64,000 nucleotides of DNA from an uncultured Tenacibaculum sp. (lineage in GTDB: Bacteria; Bacteroidota; Bacteroidia; Flavobacteriales; Flavobacteriaceae). The position numbers and the translations under genes are program-made. Where the stretch lies: NCBI GenBank assembly GCA_964021635.1, contig CAXHZZ010000001.1:12762-76761 (forward strand). The letters are read 5' to 3'. The first letter of the stretch is position 1; each line of letters opens with the position of its first letter. Positions 9,467 to 19,612 of the stretch are shown piece after piece. The notes under the pieces were generated by a model. That model did no database searches. It saw only the letters and a list, made by a program, of their open reading frames with translations, and had not been told where the DNA came from.

Positions 9467-10642
9467 ATGAACTATATTTTATTTGATGGTGATGTACGTA
9501 ACGCATTATTACCATTTACATACACAAAGCCTGTTGCCGATATTAGAATTGGTATTTTAACCATTAGAGAAAAATGGGAAAAACACTTAGGTTTAACTAC
9601 AACTACAGTAACTGAAGCGTATTTAGAAGAAAAATACCCGATGGTTGAAATGGAAGAAAACGTTTTGTTAAACGCATCTTTTTTACCAACGAAACCATTA
9701 ATTGAAATGGTTAAAAACTTAACGAAAAATCAAGCTATTTTTAAAGGAGAAGATGTGATCGCTTTTTTTACGGTTGATTCACAAGAAGAGGTAGATTTTT
9801 CATCTTATGAACAAATTGAGTTTGATGAACAAATTATTCAAATAAAAAATACTTGGGATATTTTTTCATTAAATGATAAGGCTATTAGAAGTGATTTTGA
9901 TTTAATTACAGATGGAAGAGATTCAGAACCAATACCAGAAACGGTTAATTGTATAAATAGAAAAGATATTTTTATTGAAGAAGGAGCAAAGCTAACTTAT
10001 GCTATTTTAAATGCTTCTACAGGACCAATTTACATAGGTAAAAATGCTGAGGTAATGGAAGGTGTTGTTGTTAGAGGCGCATTAGCAATGTGTGAAAATT
10101 CAGTATTAAAATTAGGCGCAAAAATATACGGAGCAACCACTTTAGGACCACATTGTAAAGTAGGAGGAGAGGTTAATAATTCAGTTTTAATGGGATATTC
10201 TAGTAAAGGTCATGATGGCTTTTTAGGGAATTCGGTATTAGGAGAATGGTGTAATTTAGGAGCAGACACAAACAATTCGAATTTAAAAAATAACTACGCA
10301 GAAGTAAAATTATGGAGTTATGAAACCGGTCGTTTTGCAAAAACAGGTTTACAGTTTTGTGGCTTAATGATGGGAGATCATTCTAAATGTGGCATAAACA
10401 CTATGTTTAATACAGGAACCGTTGTAGGTGTTTCTGCAAATATTTTCGGAAGCGGTTTTCCAAGAAATTTTGTGCCATCTTTTAGTTGGGGAGGTGCATC
10501 AGGCTTTACAGAATATAAAACATCAAAAGTTTTTGAAGTTGCAGAAGTTGTAATGAAAAGAAGAAATATAACGTTTGATGAAAAAGAGAAAAAAATTCTT
10601 GAACACGTATTTGAAGAAACAAAAAAGAATAGAAATTATTAA
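9467..10642 (+). CDS. GlmU-like sugar nucleotidyltransferase/acetyltransferase (Bacteroidetes type)
   Basis: LLPFTYTKPVADIRIGILTIREKW N-terminus plus hexapeptide left-handed beta-helix (HDGFLGNSVLGEWCNLGA). ATG at 9467 preferred over the upstream TTG. Confidence 0.85.
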   Translation: MNYILFDGDVRNALLPFTYTKPVADIRIGILTIREKWEKHLGLTTTTVTEAYLEEKYPMVEMEENVLLNASFLPTKPLIEMVKNLTKNQAIFKGEDVIAFFTVDSQEEVDFSSYEQIEFDEQIIQIKNTWDIFSLNDKAIRSDFDLITDGRDSEPIPETVNCINRKDIFIEEGAKLTYAILNASTGPIYIGKNAEVMEGVVVRGALAMCENSVLKLGAKIYGATTLGPHCKVGGEVNNSVLMGYSSKGHDGFLGNSVLGEWCNLGADTNNSNLKNNYAEVKLWSYETGRFAKTGLQFCGLMMGDHSKCGINTMFNTGTVVGVSANIFGSGFPRNFVPSFSWGGASGFTEYKTSKVFEVAEVVMKRRNITFDEKEKKILEHVFEETKKNRNY

Positions 10643-10675
10643 AAAAAGCCTCACAATATTGTGAGGCTTTTTTTA
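10640..10675. terminator. Bidirectional terminator (36-bp perfect palindrome)
   Basis: taaaaaaagcctcacaat|attgtgaggcttttttta; contains both convergent stop codons. Confidence 0.9.
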
Positions 10676-13042
10676 GAAACTAACTCTAAAAACTAAATTA
10701 GGTGTTACACCTAACGAAAGTTTATCTACCGTTTCTAATCGATAATTAATTTCATTATCATCATTAATAAAAGGAACAGCAGTGTATGATCTATTAATTA
10801 TATTTTTTTGATTGTAAATATTTAAAATAGAGAAACCAAATTTACCTTTCCATTTATCAGAAAAATTAAATGAGTAGGTAACAGATGCATCCAAGCGATG
10901 GTATTTAGGTAAGCGTTTTGAATTTATATTATCGGTATCTAAAACAATAACAGGTGATCCTGTGTTTGAATCAGTAAAAAAATTAGAAACAGGCGTGTAT
11001 GCATTACCGGTTCTGTGAATCCAACCCAATGAAAACTCGTAGTTGTTAAACTTAAAGGCATGAGACCAGGAAAAATAATTTGTGATATCATGATTAGATG
11101 GGAAAAATTTATTTTCTAAATCTAAAAATTTGAATTGATTTTTAGAGTATGTATAGTTAATCCATGTTCTGTAATTTTTAAATTTTTTATTGATAAGTAC
11201 ATCTACGCCAAATATTTTACCTGTTCCTCTAGAGAAATCTGTAGTTTGATCGTTATAACCTCTAGTTTGAGAGGTCATTCCGTTTACATTTTTAAAATAA
11301 GTTTCAACATCTATTTTCCACCTGTTTTTGTTAAAGAGAAAACCTGATGAAACTTGAAAACTTTTTTGAAGAGGAATATCATTATCATTTACTTGCGCCC
11401 AAATTTGGTTTTCAATATCAAAACCTAAACTAGAGGTTTGAAATTCTACAATTTGCCCTAATGTTTGATGTTTTTGTTCTAAAGAAGCTTTAAAACTAAG
11501 ATCATAAGTAAGGCTTTTTTCTATATATAACCTAGGTTCTACAACCGATTTGTTAATTTTATCAAAGTAATTAAAACGTAACCCAGCGTTTATTTTCCAA
11601 TTATTAGTGTCATAAATATATTCTGTAAAAACAGAACGTGAGTTGTTAACACCTTCATCTTCCTGTACTGAATTTATTATATTTTCAGCATTAATATCTG
11701 CTTGGTATTCTAAGCTGTATTTTGTTTTATTAGAAAGAAAATCATAACCTAATAAAAGGTTGGTATTATTATTTGTTTTATAATTTATGCTGTATGAAAA
11801 ACCTATATCTTTTACAGAGTTTCTTTTTACAGATCTTCTAATTAAAAAATTATCAACATAATTATAATTACCATTATAGTTTAGGTTAAAATTAGAATAA
11901 TAAAGCTTTAATTCTTGTTTTAATTTAGAAGTAAAATTCTTGTTCCATAAAAAACTCACCCCATTGTTTTTAATGTTTAAGTCATCTAAATAAATATCTT
12001 TATAAAGAGGTATTTTAAAACTATTTGCTAGTTTGTTTTGAGTATATAAAAAACTTAATGATAAGGTTTCGTTAACAGATGGTTTTAAAATTATTTTTGC
12101 TGAATAATCTGCAAAATAAAAATGATTATTTCTAATAAAAGGAATATTATCGTTTATAATGTTTCTCTCTTGATTGGCATCAAAAGTTTGAAAAACTCTG
12201 TCTGATAATTTGTTAAAAGTAAAGGTGTTAATTAAATCGGTAAAAGAACGTCTAAACGAAGTAGTAATCGCTATTTTTTTAGATAAGGGAACTCTAATAT
12301 AAGCATCAGCATGTGTCATATTAAAACCAAATCCACCGGTTGTTTTCTCAGGAATATCATTTGCTGTTTTTATATCAATAACACCAGATATTTTATTTCC
12401 GTATCTTGCCTGCGTACCACTTTTAGATAGAGTAATTTCTCTTGTAGTATAGGGGTTAAAGGCTGAAAGTGTACCAAAAAAATGACCTGAATAATACATT
12501 TTTATTCCGTCCCATAAAATTAAATTTTGATCTGGTGTTCCACCTCTAATAAAAATACCTGAAGCTGTTTCGTTTGGGCTTTGTACGCCAGGTATAATTT
12601 TTAAAGTTTCTAAAACATCAGGTTCTGTTAAACCAGGCAGAGCACCTAATTTTTTAAGAATAATAGCTATAGAACCATGTTTATTTTGATTAATACCAGA
12701 GGTGATATAATTTTTTACTGAAATTTCTTTTAATATGTTATAGTTTTTTTCTAGTTTTTGTATAGTAATAAAATAATATCGAGCATTTATTTTATTGAAC
12801 TTAAGGACTGTTTGTATTTCTACCTCATCAATAAAATTTTTAAGGCTACATCTTTTTTTTGAAAATGAAAAGAGAATTCCTTTTGTAATTTCAGAATCAA
12901 AAGAAAACTTTACATCATAGTTTGTTTCTGTTTTTTTTAACACAGTTAACATAGGCGTGTCAAAAAAAGCAATGTCTATTTTTTCTTGAGAAAAAATAGA
13001 CATTGTTAAGCATATAAAAAGAATACTTAATTTTTTATTCAT
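10673..13042 (-). CDS. TonB-dependent receptor with an N-terminal signalling-type extension
   Basis: Signal peptide; plug motifs IPGVQ...IRGGTPDQNLILWDG and ARYGNKISGVIDI; barrel ends NIYNQKN...FRVSF. Confidence 0.9.
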   Translation of the reverse strand: MNKKLSILFICLTMSIFSQEKIDIAFFDTPMLTVLKKTETNYDVKFSFDSEITKGILFSFSKKRCSLKNFIDEVEIQTVLKFNKINARYYFITIQKLEKNYNILKEISVKNYITSGINQNKHGSIAIILKKLGALPGLTEPDVLETLKIIPGVQSPNETASGIFIRGGTPDQNLILWDGIKMYYSGHFFGTLSAFNPYTTREITLSKSGTQARYGNKISGVIDIKTANDIPEKTTGGFGFNMTHADAYIRVPLSKKIAITTSFRRSFTDLINTFTFNKLSDRVFQTFDANQERNIINDNIPFIRNNHFYFADYSAKIILKPSVNETLSLSFLYTQNKLANSFKIPLYKDIYLDDLNIKNNGVSFLWNKNFTSKLKQELKLYYSNFNLNYNGNYNYVDNFLIRRSVKRNSVKDIGFSYSINYKTNNNTNLLLGYDFLSNKTKYSLEYQADINAENIINSVQEDEGVNNSRSVFTEYIYDTNNWKINAGLRFNYFDKINKSVVEPRLYIEKSLTYDLSFKASLEQKHQTLGQIVEFQTSSLGFDIENQIWAQVNDNDIPLQKSFQVSSGFLFNKNRWKIDVETYFKNVNGMTSQTRGYNDQTTDFSRGTGKIFGVDVLINKKFKNYRTWINYTYSKNQFKFLDLENKFFPSNHDITNYFSWSHAFKFNNYEFSLGWIHRTGNAYTPVSNFFTDSNTGSPVIVLDTDNINSKRLPKYHRLDASVTYSFNFSDKWKGKFGFSILNIYNQKNIINRSYTAVPFINDDNEINYRLETVDKLSLGVTPNLVFRVSF

Positions 13043-13958
13043 TAGTTGTTAATACGACCGAGCTATTTTCTGCTAATTTAAATGAAATATTCATAGGAGC
13101 AAAAACAGTTTTTAAGGCGATATTAACATCATTATTTGTAAAAGCACCAGTAAAGCGTCTGTTTACATCTATTTTATCAGTATTAAATTTTAAATTGTAT
13201 TGCTTTTCTAGTGTTAAAATAACTTTACTTAATGGGGTGTTGTTAAAGTTACTTTCTCCGTTTAACCAAGTTGGTTTTTCTTTAGCAAACTCCCAATTTT
13301 CATTTTTGTTTTTAAAAACTCTAAATGCTTTTCCTTTGGTTAAAATAGCCTGACTATTGTTCTTAGAAGTCGCTTTTATTTTTCCTTCAAAACACTGAAC
13401 TTCAAAAAAGTTACTTGAAGTATTTACAGTAAATTTGGTACCTAACACAACTACTTTACCTTGTTTGGTGTTTACCGTAAACGATTTTCCTTTTTCAACT
13501 TCAAAATACGCTTCACCTGTTAAAAATAAATCTCTTTTTTCGCTCCAATTCTTTTTATCGAATTCTAAACTAGCTCCAGGTGAAAGGTAAGCTGTAGAGT
13601 TGTCGGGCAACTTAACAACTATTTGTTCACCATATGCAGTTGAAAAATTACTGGTATTATTTTTATTGATGTAAAATACAGTTAACAATAAAATAATTGA
13701 AGCAGCTGCACTGTACATCCATAAAGATGAAAGTTTAAAAACCTTTTTAGATTTCTTTTTTGTGTTTTTTTCTTCTTTTATTTTATTTAAAACGGCTTCT
13801 TTATTATAAATAGGAGTTTTAAGAAGTAAAGAAGCGTCATTAATTTTTTTATATTGATGATAATCCTCAGAATCTTTAAATTTCTTTAATTCATCTGACG
13901 ACAAATCGTTAGCAATCCATCGTGCTAAAAACGTCTCATCTTTATATTCTTGTTTCAT
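13035..13958 (-). CDS. FecR family anti-sigma sensor
   Basis: Central TM (YSAAASIILLL); LPDNS, LTGEAYFEV and VLGTKF motifs. Confidence 0.93.
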   Translation of the reverse strand: MKQEYKDETFLARWIANDLSSDELKKFKDSEDYHQYKKINDASLLLKTPIYNKEAVLNKIKEEKNTKKKSKKVFKLSSLWMYSAAASIILLLTVFYINKNNTSNFSTAYGEQIVVKLPDNSTAYLSPGASLEFDKKNWSEKRDLFLTGEAYFEVEKGKSFTVNTKQGKVVVLGTKFTVNTSSNFFEVQCFEGKIKATSKNNSQAILTKGKAFRVFKNKNENWEFAKEKPTWLNGESNFNNTPLSKVILTLEKQYNLKFNTDKIDVNRRFTGAFTNNDVNIALKTVFAPMNISFKLAENSSVVLTTNE

Positions 13959-13981
13959 TTTTGTTTTTCGTACTATTTACA

Positions 13982-14012
13982 TAAGGAACAATTAATTTAC
14001 TAATTACCCTAC
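13982..14012 (-). promoter_or_regulatory. Candidate ECF-sigma-dependent promoter for fecR-TBDR
   Basis: Minus strand TAGGGTAA...TGTTCCTTA just after the sigma stop. G-rich -35-like box of the kind seen between ECF and fecR genes in Bacteroidetes (inference). Confidence 0.4.
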
Positions 14013-14018
14013 TTTTTA

Positions 14019-14537
14019 TTAAACATTACCAATTTTTTCTTTAATAATTAATAAAGCCTTACTCATTCTTTTTTCTACTGCTTTTACAGAGATACCTACA
14101 ATTTCAGCAATTTCAGTATATTTTTTTTTATCTATTCTGCTTAAAAGAAAAACCTCTCGTTGTTTTTCAGGTAAATCGGCTATTACTTTCTTTAACTTTT
14201 TATAAAACTCTTTCTCTTCTAAAATAAATTGGGGAGTATGGTTTGTGCTATCAGAAGAAACGTTTTTTCTTTGGTGTTCTAAAACTACTTTTTTATGTGC
14301 AACTTCATTAAAAAAACGATTGTTAGCTACTGTATATAAAAACGATTTCGCTTTTTCAAAGATTATTTTAGAGCAATTGTCCCAAAGTTTTATGTAAGAT
14401 TCCTGAACTATATCTTCTGCCTGCTGAGTGTTACCACATTTATAATACATGTAGTTTCTTAGGGTTTGAGAGTGTTTGTTAAAAATTTCTTCGAAATTTT
14501 TTTGTTCACAAACAGATTTTAAAAGGTCTTTACTCAT
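14019..14537 (-). CDS. ECF RNA polymerase sigma factor
   Basis: AEDIVQE (region 2); LPEKQREVFLLSR...YTEIAEIVGISVKAVEKRMSKA (region 4). Confidence 0.95.
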   Translation of the reverse strand: MSKDLLKSVCEQKNFEEIFNKHSQTLRNYMYYKCGNTQQAEDIVQESYIKLWDNCSKIIFEKAKSFLYTVANNRFFNEVAHKKVVLEHQRKNVSSDSTNHTPQFILEEKEFYKKLKKVIADLPEKQREVFLLSRIDKKKYTEIAEIVGISVKAVEKRMSKALLIIKEKIGNV

Positions 14538-14584
14538 TGGGTTATTTTTCTAATACAAACAAAGCCGTGAATAGGGGAACCAAG

Positions 14585-16333
14585 TTAGTATTTTTTATAA
14601 ATAGGCAATTTCATATGTGCCTCTTCATAATGAGGTGTTTTTTTGTAAATATAATATAATTGTGCATATGTATTTTTAGCAAAAAGAGTATCGTTATTTA
14701 TTTTATCGATCAACGATTTTTTAACCAACGGATTTTCTTTTAAAAAGGTAGCAGCAACATCTTCAAAAACATAGGCAGAAAAACCTTCTTTTTGCTGTAA
14801 AATGGTATCAAAGAAGTTCCAGTTAAAAAAAGAGTCGGTAGCCTCGGCTTCTAATGTTTCAATAATATACCTAACGCCTTCTTGCTGCGTAGAAATATAA
14901 AGATCTCCTTTCTTAATTTTAACAGATTTAGTCTCTTTTGCTACAGAGGTATTATAGTGTAAATAATGCCCTTCGTAGGCTGTTTTTCGAGTTTCAAAAT
15001 TTGTTATATGTTGCGTTTCTAAAGTTAAAAGTGTGTCTTTTTTAAAACGTGTAAAAGCTATTTTATTTTGCTGTAATCTTTTAACAATTTTATGCCAACC
15101 CTGCTGTACTATATATGCTTTGGGTATTGTTATTTCTTTGATGCTTTTAAAATTATTGTAATATGTTATTTTTTTGGTATACGGTTTACTTTTGTCGTAA
15201 AACAACCTTTTTCCGTTGGTTACTTCACTATTAATATAAGAACCTTCATAACCTTTAAAATCTAAATAGCTAGGATTTTTTTTATCAACTTTAAAAGTAA
15301 TAGGGTATGTTTTTTTACTTAAAATATCTGTAAGATTTTTTTTACGTAAATCTTTAATTTTAAGAGTGTTTTTCTCCGTGAAATCTAATGCAGATAATAA
15401 CAATTCATAGGTTTGCTCTACACGAATTTTGTAGGGTTTTAACATGTGTGTTTCTACCATTAAACCCAAGGTGTTAAATAAGGTTGTGTAACCTGTAGAG
15501 TATCTTGGCGAGTCATAAAATTGCGACCATCCTTTTTCGGGAGTGTTTCCCCACACATTTACATAAGGAGTAATAGGAATTTGTTTTTCTGATAAAGATT
15601 TTTCAATAAACGGGCGCATTTCGGTTTCTAAACAAGCACCAAGTTTACCACCTAATTTATTGTGTTGTGTAAATAAATGTGTAATTGCATATTGATAATC
15701 GGCACCGTTACTTACATGATTGTCTATAAAAATATCGGGATTTACTAAATGAAAAATTTCTGCAAAAGCAGCGGCATTTTTAGTATCTTGTTTTATAAAA
15801 TCGCGATTTAAATCGTAGTTACGAGCATTTCCTCTAAATCCGTATTCTTTCGGCCCGTTTTGGTTGGCTCTGGTGTGCGAATTACGATTTAAAGCGCCTC
15901 CGATATTATATACAGGAATCACAGAAATTATAGAATTGTTATACACCTTTTTTAAAGAATCGTTCTGAACAATATCTCTAAGAAGTAACATAGAAGCATC
16001 TATTCCGTCCGATTCTCCGGGATGAATTCCATTATTGATAAGAATCCTGTTTTTAGTTGAATTTTTTATGTTTTTTAAAGTTGATTTTCCGTCTGAATTA
16101 AAAACTACTAAATGTAACGGTTTTCCTGAATCTGTTTTGCCTATTTCAAATAAAGATATTTCAGCATAGGTTTCTGCTAAATCTTCGTAAAAATAAATAA
16201 CGTCTTTATATTCAGGAGTTTCTGTTCCGTTTGATTTTTCGAAAAGTGTTGTAAAATCATCTGTATTGATGCGCTCTTTTTTGCATCCGAAGAAAGAAAT
16301 TAAACAAAGTAGAATAAGTAGTTTTCTCATCAA
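14585..16333 (-). CDS. M14 family zinc carboxypeptidase, lipoprotein
   Basis: Lipobox FFGC; GIHPGE, NYDLNRD and IDNH motifs. Confidence 0.9.
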   Translation of the reverse strand: MMRKLLILLCLISFFGCKKERINTDDFTTLFEKSNGTETPEYKDVIYFYEDLAETYAEISLFEIGKTDSGKPLHLVVFNSDGKSTLKNIKNSTKNRILINNGIHPGESDGIDASMLLLRDIVQNDSLKKVYNNSIISVIPVYNIGGALNRNSHTRANQNGPKEYGFRGNARNYDLNRDFIKQDTKNAAAFAEIFHLVNPDIFIDNHVSNGADYQYAITHLFTQHNKLGGKLGACLETEMRPFIEKSLSEKQIPITPYVNVWGNTPEKGWSQFYDSPRYSTGYTTLFNTLGLMVETHMLKPYKIRVEQTYELLLSALDFTEKNTLKIKDLRKKNLTDILSKKTYPITFKVDKKNPSYLDFKGYEGSYINSEVTNGKRLFYDKSKPYTKKITYYNNFKSIKEITIPKAYIVQQGWHKIVKRLQQNKIAFTRFKKDTLLTLETQHITNFETRKTAYEGHYLHYNTSVAKETKSVKIKKGDLYISTQQEGVRYIIETLEAEATDSFFNWNFFDTILQQKEGFSAYVFEDVAATFLKENPLVKKSLIDKINNDTLFAKNTYAQLYYIYKKTPHYEEAHMKLPIYKKY

Positions 16334-16336
16334 GAA

Positions 16337-16789
16337 TTAATTTTTTACAGCATCAGGAACTAAGCCGGTATAATCACCATCATTTCTAATAACATCGCGC
16401 ACAATAGAGGATGATATATAACTTTTACCAGAAGATGTTAGTAAAAAAACGGTTTCTATTTCCGAAAGTTTACGGTTAGTATGCGCGATAGCTTTTTCAA
16501 ACTCAAAATCACCAGGGTTTCTTAAACCTCTTAAAATAAATTCAGCATTTTGTTCTTTACAGAAATTTACTGTTAAGCCGCTATACGTAACTACTTTAAT
16601 TTTAGGTTGATGTTTAAAAGTTTCTTCGATAAATTTTTTGCGTTCTTCTAAAGAAAACATGTAATTTTTATCGGCATTTATACCAATGGCAATAACCAAT
16701 TCGTCAAACAAGGTAACACCACGTTCAATAATATCTACATGTCCTAAAGTAATCGGATCGAAAGATCCTGGAAAAACTGCTTTTTTCAT
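16337..16789 (-). CDS. coaD: Pantetheine-phosphate adenylyltransferase
   Basis: FPGSFDPITLGH, LRGLR, ISSSIVR. Confidence 0.97.
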   Translation of the reverse strand: MKKAVFPGSFDPITLGHVDIIERGVTLFDELVIAIGINADKNYMFSLEERKKFIEETFKHQPKIKVVTYSGLTVNFCKEQNAEFILRGLRNPGDFEFEKAIAHTNRKLSEIETVFLLTSSGKSYISSSIVRDVIRNDGDYTGLVPDAVKN

Positions 16790-16793
16790 AAGT

Positions 16794-17771
16794 TTAGTTT
16801 TTTAATGCTGTTTCTATAGCGTTGCCAAATAGTGCTTTTAATGAGATGCCGGCACAACTTGCTTGTTGTGGTAAAATACTAGCTTCAGTTAATCCTGGTA
16901 CGGTATTTATTTCTAAGAAATGAGGTTTATTATTTATAAAAATATACTCGGCGCGTGTAAAACCTTTCATATTTAAAACTTCGTACACACGTTTTGCAAC
17001 TTCGGTAACGTTTTTTTCTTGTAATTTAGAAATTCGTGCAGGTGTAATTTCTTGTGATTTTCCTTCGTATTTAGCTTCATAATCAAAGAAATCATTTTCA
17101 GAAACAATTTCTGTAATTGGTAAAACTGTTGTTTTATTTTTGTACTCAATTACGCCCACAGAAACTTCGATTCCGTTTAAAAAGCTTTCTATTAATACTT
17201 CAGAATCTTCTTTGTAAGCAACTTCTAATGCAGGTATTAACTCAGTCTTCGTATGAACTTTAGAAATACCGTAGCTAGAGCCTGCGTTGTTAGGTTTTAC
17301 AAAACAAGGTAAGCCAACTTTTGCAATAATTTTATCAGTATCTATGTGATCTCCTTTATTTAAATATACCGAAATTGCTGTAGCAATGCCATATTCTTTA
17401 ACCACACTTAATGTATCACGTTTGTTAAAGGTTAAAGCCATTTGATAAAAAGGGGCAGAGGTGTGTTTTAATCCGATTAAATCGAAATAAGCTAATATAA
17501 GTCCGTTTTCACCAGGTGCTCCGTGAATTGCATTAAAAACACAATCGAAAATTATTTTACGTCCATTTATATCCGCAGAAAAATCATGTCTATTTATTGG
17601 GTATTCATTATTTTCTTCATCGACTAAAACCCATTTATTTTTTAAAATATGAATTTTGTGAGCTGTATATTTTTCTTTATCAAGATGCTTGTAAACAACC
17701 GAACCACTTTTTAAAGATATTTTTACTTCAGAAGAATATCCGCCCATGATAATAGCTATGTTTTTTTTCAC
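16794..17771 (-). CDS. ddl: D-alanine--D-alanine ligase
   Basis: GGYSSE, HGAPGENG, GSSYG, DYEAKY, EINTVPG; GTG start. Confidence 0.96.
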   Translation of the reverse strand: MKKNIAIIMGGYSSEVKISLKSGSVVYKHLDKEKYTAHKIHILKNKWVLVDEENNEYPINRHDFSADINGRKIIFDCVFNAIHGAPGENGLILAYFDLIGLKHTSAPFYQMALTFNKRDTLSVVKEYGIATAISVYLNKGDHIDTDKIIAKVGLPCFVKPNNAGSSYGISKVHTKTELIPALEVAYKEDSEVLIESFLNGIEVSVGVIEYKNKTTVLPITEIVSENDFFDYEAKYEGKSQEITPARISKLQEKNVTEVAKRVYEVLNMKGFTRAEYIFINNKPHFLEINTVPGLTEASILPQQASCAGISLKALFGNAIETALKN

Positions 17772-17823
17772 TTTACTGCTTTTGATTTGTTTTATGATGT
17801 AAAATTGTTTGCTTATGTTTATA

Positions 17824-17892
17824 CAAACTTACCAAAAAAACTCGTTTAAGAGTTAATGAATTAAAAATAGTGATATTTTTACTGTAAATTTG
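17824..17892. promoter_or_regulatory. Divergent promoters for ddl-coaD-M14 and PASTA-rluD
   Basis: TAAGTTTG (minus, 17824-17831) and TAAATTTG (plus, 17885-17892). Confidence 0.65.
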
Positions 17893-17914
17893 CGCCACCT
17901 TACAAAAAAATAAT

Positions 17915-18490
17915 ATGAGTAATTTTTCTGAAAAGCTTAAAAATTTATTTCAATTTTTAAAGAGTAAAACCTTTTTCATTCAAATAGGAATAGCGATAGC
18001 TTCGTTATTTATAGTTGTTTTTATTTTAAAATGGTGGTTAGGAACAACAACAAATCACAATCAAAAAATACAGGTGCCTAATTTGCATGAAATGTCTTTA
18101 AAAGAGGTTGAGAAAAAATTAGAAGCTCTTAATTTAGACTTTATTATAATTGATAGTGCTACTTATAACCCTGCGTATCCAAAAAAATCGGTTATCGAGC
18201 AAGATCCTGAAGTAGGAGATTTTGTAAAAGAAAACCGTAAGATATATTTAACGCTAAATCCATCTAAATACAGAGATGTTATAATTCCAGATTTAAACGG
18301 ACGAACAAAAAGGCAAGCAACTACACATTTACAATCTCAAGGTTTTATTGTGGGTAGAGATGTTACTTATGTAAGAGATATAGGAAAAGATGTTGTTAGA
18401 GGATTAACACATAAAGGAAAAAGAATTACACCAGGAACAAAATTGCCAAAAAAAACCACAATCAACCTTATTTTAGGTGACGGTAACTAA
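17915..18490 (+). CDS. PASTA domain membrane protein
   Basis: N-terminal TM; two PASTA-like repeats (VPNLHEMS...VIEQDP; IPDLNG). Confidence 0.88.
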   Translation: MSNFSEKLKNLFQFLKSKTFFIQIGIAIASLFIVVFILKWWLGTTTNHNQKIQVPNLHEMSLKEVEKKLEALNLDFIIIDSATYNPAYPKKSVIEQDPEVGDFVKENRKIYLTLNPSKYRDVIIPDLNGRTKRQATTHLQSQGFIVGRDVTYVRDIGKDVVRGLTHKGKRITPGTKLPKKTTINLILGDGN

Positions 18491-18505
18491 TTATATAATT
18501 GATTC

Positions 18506-19540
18506 ATGCAGGAAGACGCAAATTTAGCAGTAGAAAACGACGATTTATACGAACATCATAGGTTTGTAGCTACAGAAGGGCAAGAGCCTTTAAGAGTAGA
18601 TAAATTTTTAATGAACTTTATTGAAGGTGCTACACGAAATAAGATTCAACAAGCAGCAAAAGCTGGTAATGTTTTGGTTAATGACCAGATTGTTAAACCC
18701 AATCATAAAGTAAAGCCAAAAGATGTAGTGCGTGTAGTTTTAGCGTATCCGCCAGCAGAAAATTTATTGGTAGCTGAAGATATTCCTATCGATATAGTCT
18801 ATGAAGATGATGCTGTTATGGTGGTAAATAAACCAGCAGGAATGGTAGTCCACCCTGGGCACGGTAATTACTCTGGTACTTTGGTTAACGGATTAATTCA
18901 TCATATAGAAAACTTACCAACAAACTCTAATGAGCGACCAGGTTTAGTTCATCGAATTGATAAAGATACAAGCGGGTTGTTAGTCGTTGCAAAAACAGAG
19001 TTTGCAATGGCACATTTGTCAAAGCAGTTTTTCGATAGAACAACTGAACGAATGTATTATGCTTTGGTTTGGGGTGATGTTAAAGAAGACGAAGGAACTA
19101 TAGAAGGAAACATAGGGCGTAGTTTTAACAACCGTTTGCAAATGGCTGTTTTTCCTGACGGAGATTATGGTAAGCATGCAGTTACGCATTACAAAGTTTT
19201 AGAACGTCTTACGTATGTAACTTTAGTGCAATGTAAATTAGAAACTGGAAGAACTCATCAGATTAGAGCGCACTTTAAACACGTAGGTCATACACTTTTT
19301 AACGATGAGCGTTATGGAGGTAATGACATTTTAAAAGGTACAACGTTTACAAAATACAAACAATTTGTACACAATTGTTTTAAAGTATTACCAAGACAGG
19401 CTTTACATGCAAAAACATTAGGTTTTACACACCCTACAACTGGAGAATTTATGCGATTTAATACAGAAATACCTGCAGATATTGAAGCTTGTTTAGCAAA
19501 GTGGCGAACGTATTCTGAAAATTCAAAACACGAAGAATAA
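18506..19540 (+). CDS. rluD: RluA-family 23S rRNA pseudouridine synthase (RluD)
   Basis: S4 domain, NKPAGMVVHP, HRIDKDTSG catalytic Asp, TGRTHQIR. Confidence 0.88.
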   Translation: MQEDANLAVENDDLYEHHRFVATEGQEPLRVDKFLMNFIEGATRNKIQQAAKAGNVLVNDQIVKPNHKVKPKDVVRVVLAYPPAENLLVAEDIPIDIVYEDDAVMVVNKPAGMVVHPGHGNYSGTLVNGLIHHIENLPTNSNERPGLVHRIDKDTSGLLVVAKTEFAMAHLSKQFFDRTTERMYYALVWGDVKEDEGTIEGNIGRSFNNRLQMAVFPDGDYGKHAVTHYKVLERLTYVTLVQCKLETGRTHQIRAHFKHVGHTLFNDERYGGNDILKGTTFTKYKQFVHNCFKVLPRQALHAKTLGFTHPTTGEFMRFNTEIPADIEACLAKWRTYSENSKHEE

Positions 19541-19557
19541 AATATAAAATACACTAT

Positions 19558-19599
19558 AAAACAAAAAAAAACAGCTTCATCAAGCTGTTTTTTTGTTTT
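19558..19599. terminator. Bidirectional terminator
   Basis: aaaaaaacagctt-catc-aagctgttttttt. Confidence 0.85.
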
Positions 19600-19612
19600 C
19601 GGTTTACCAAAA

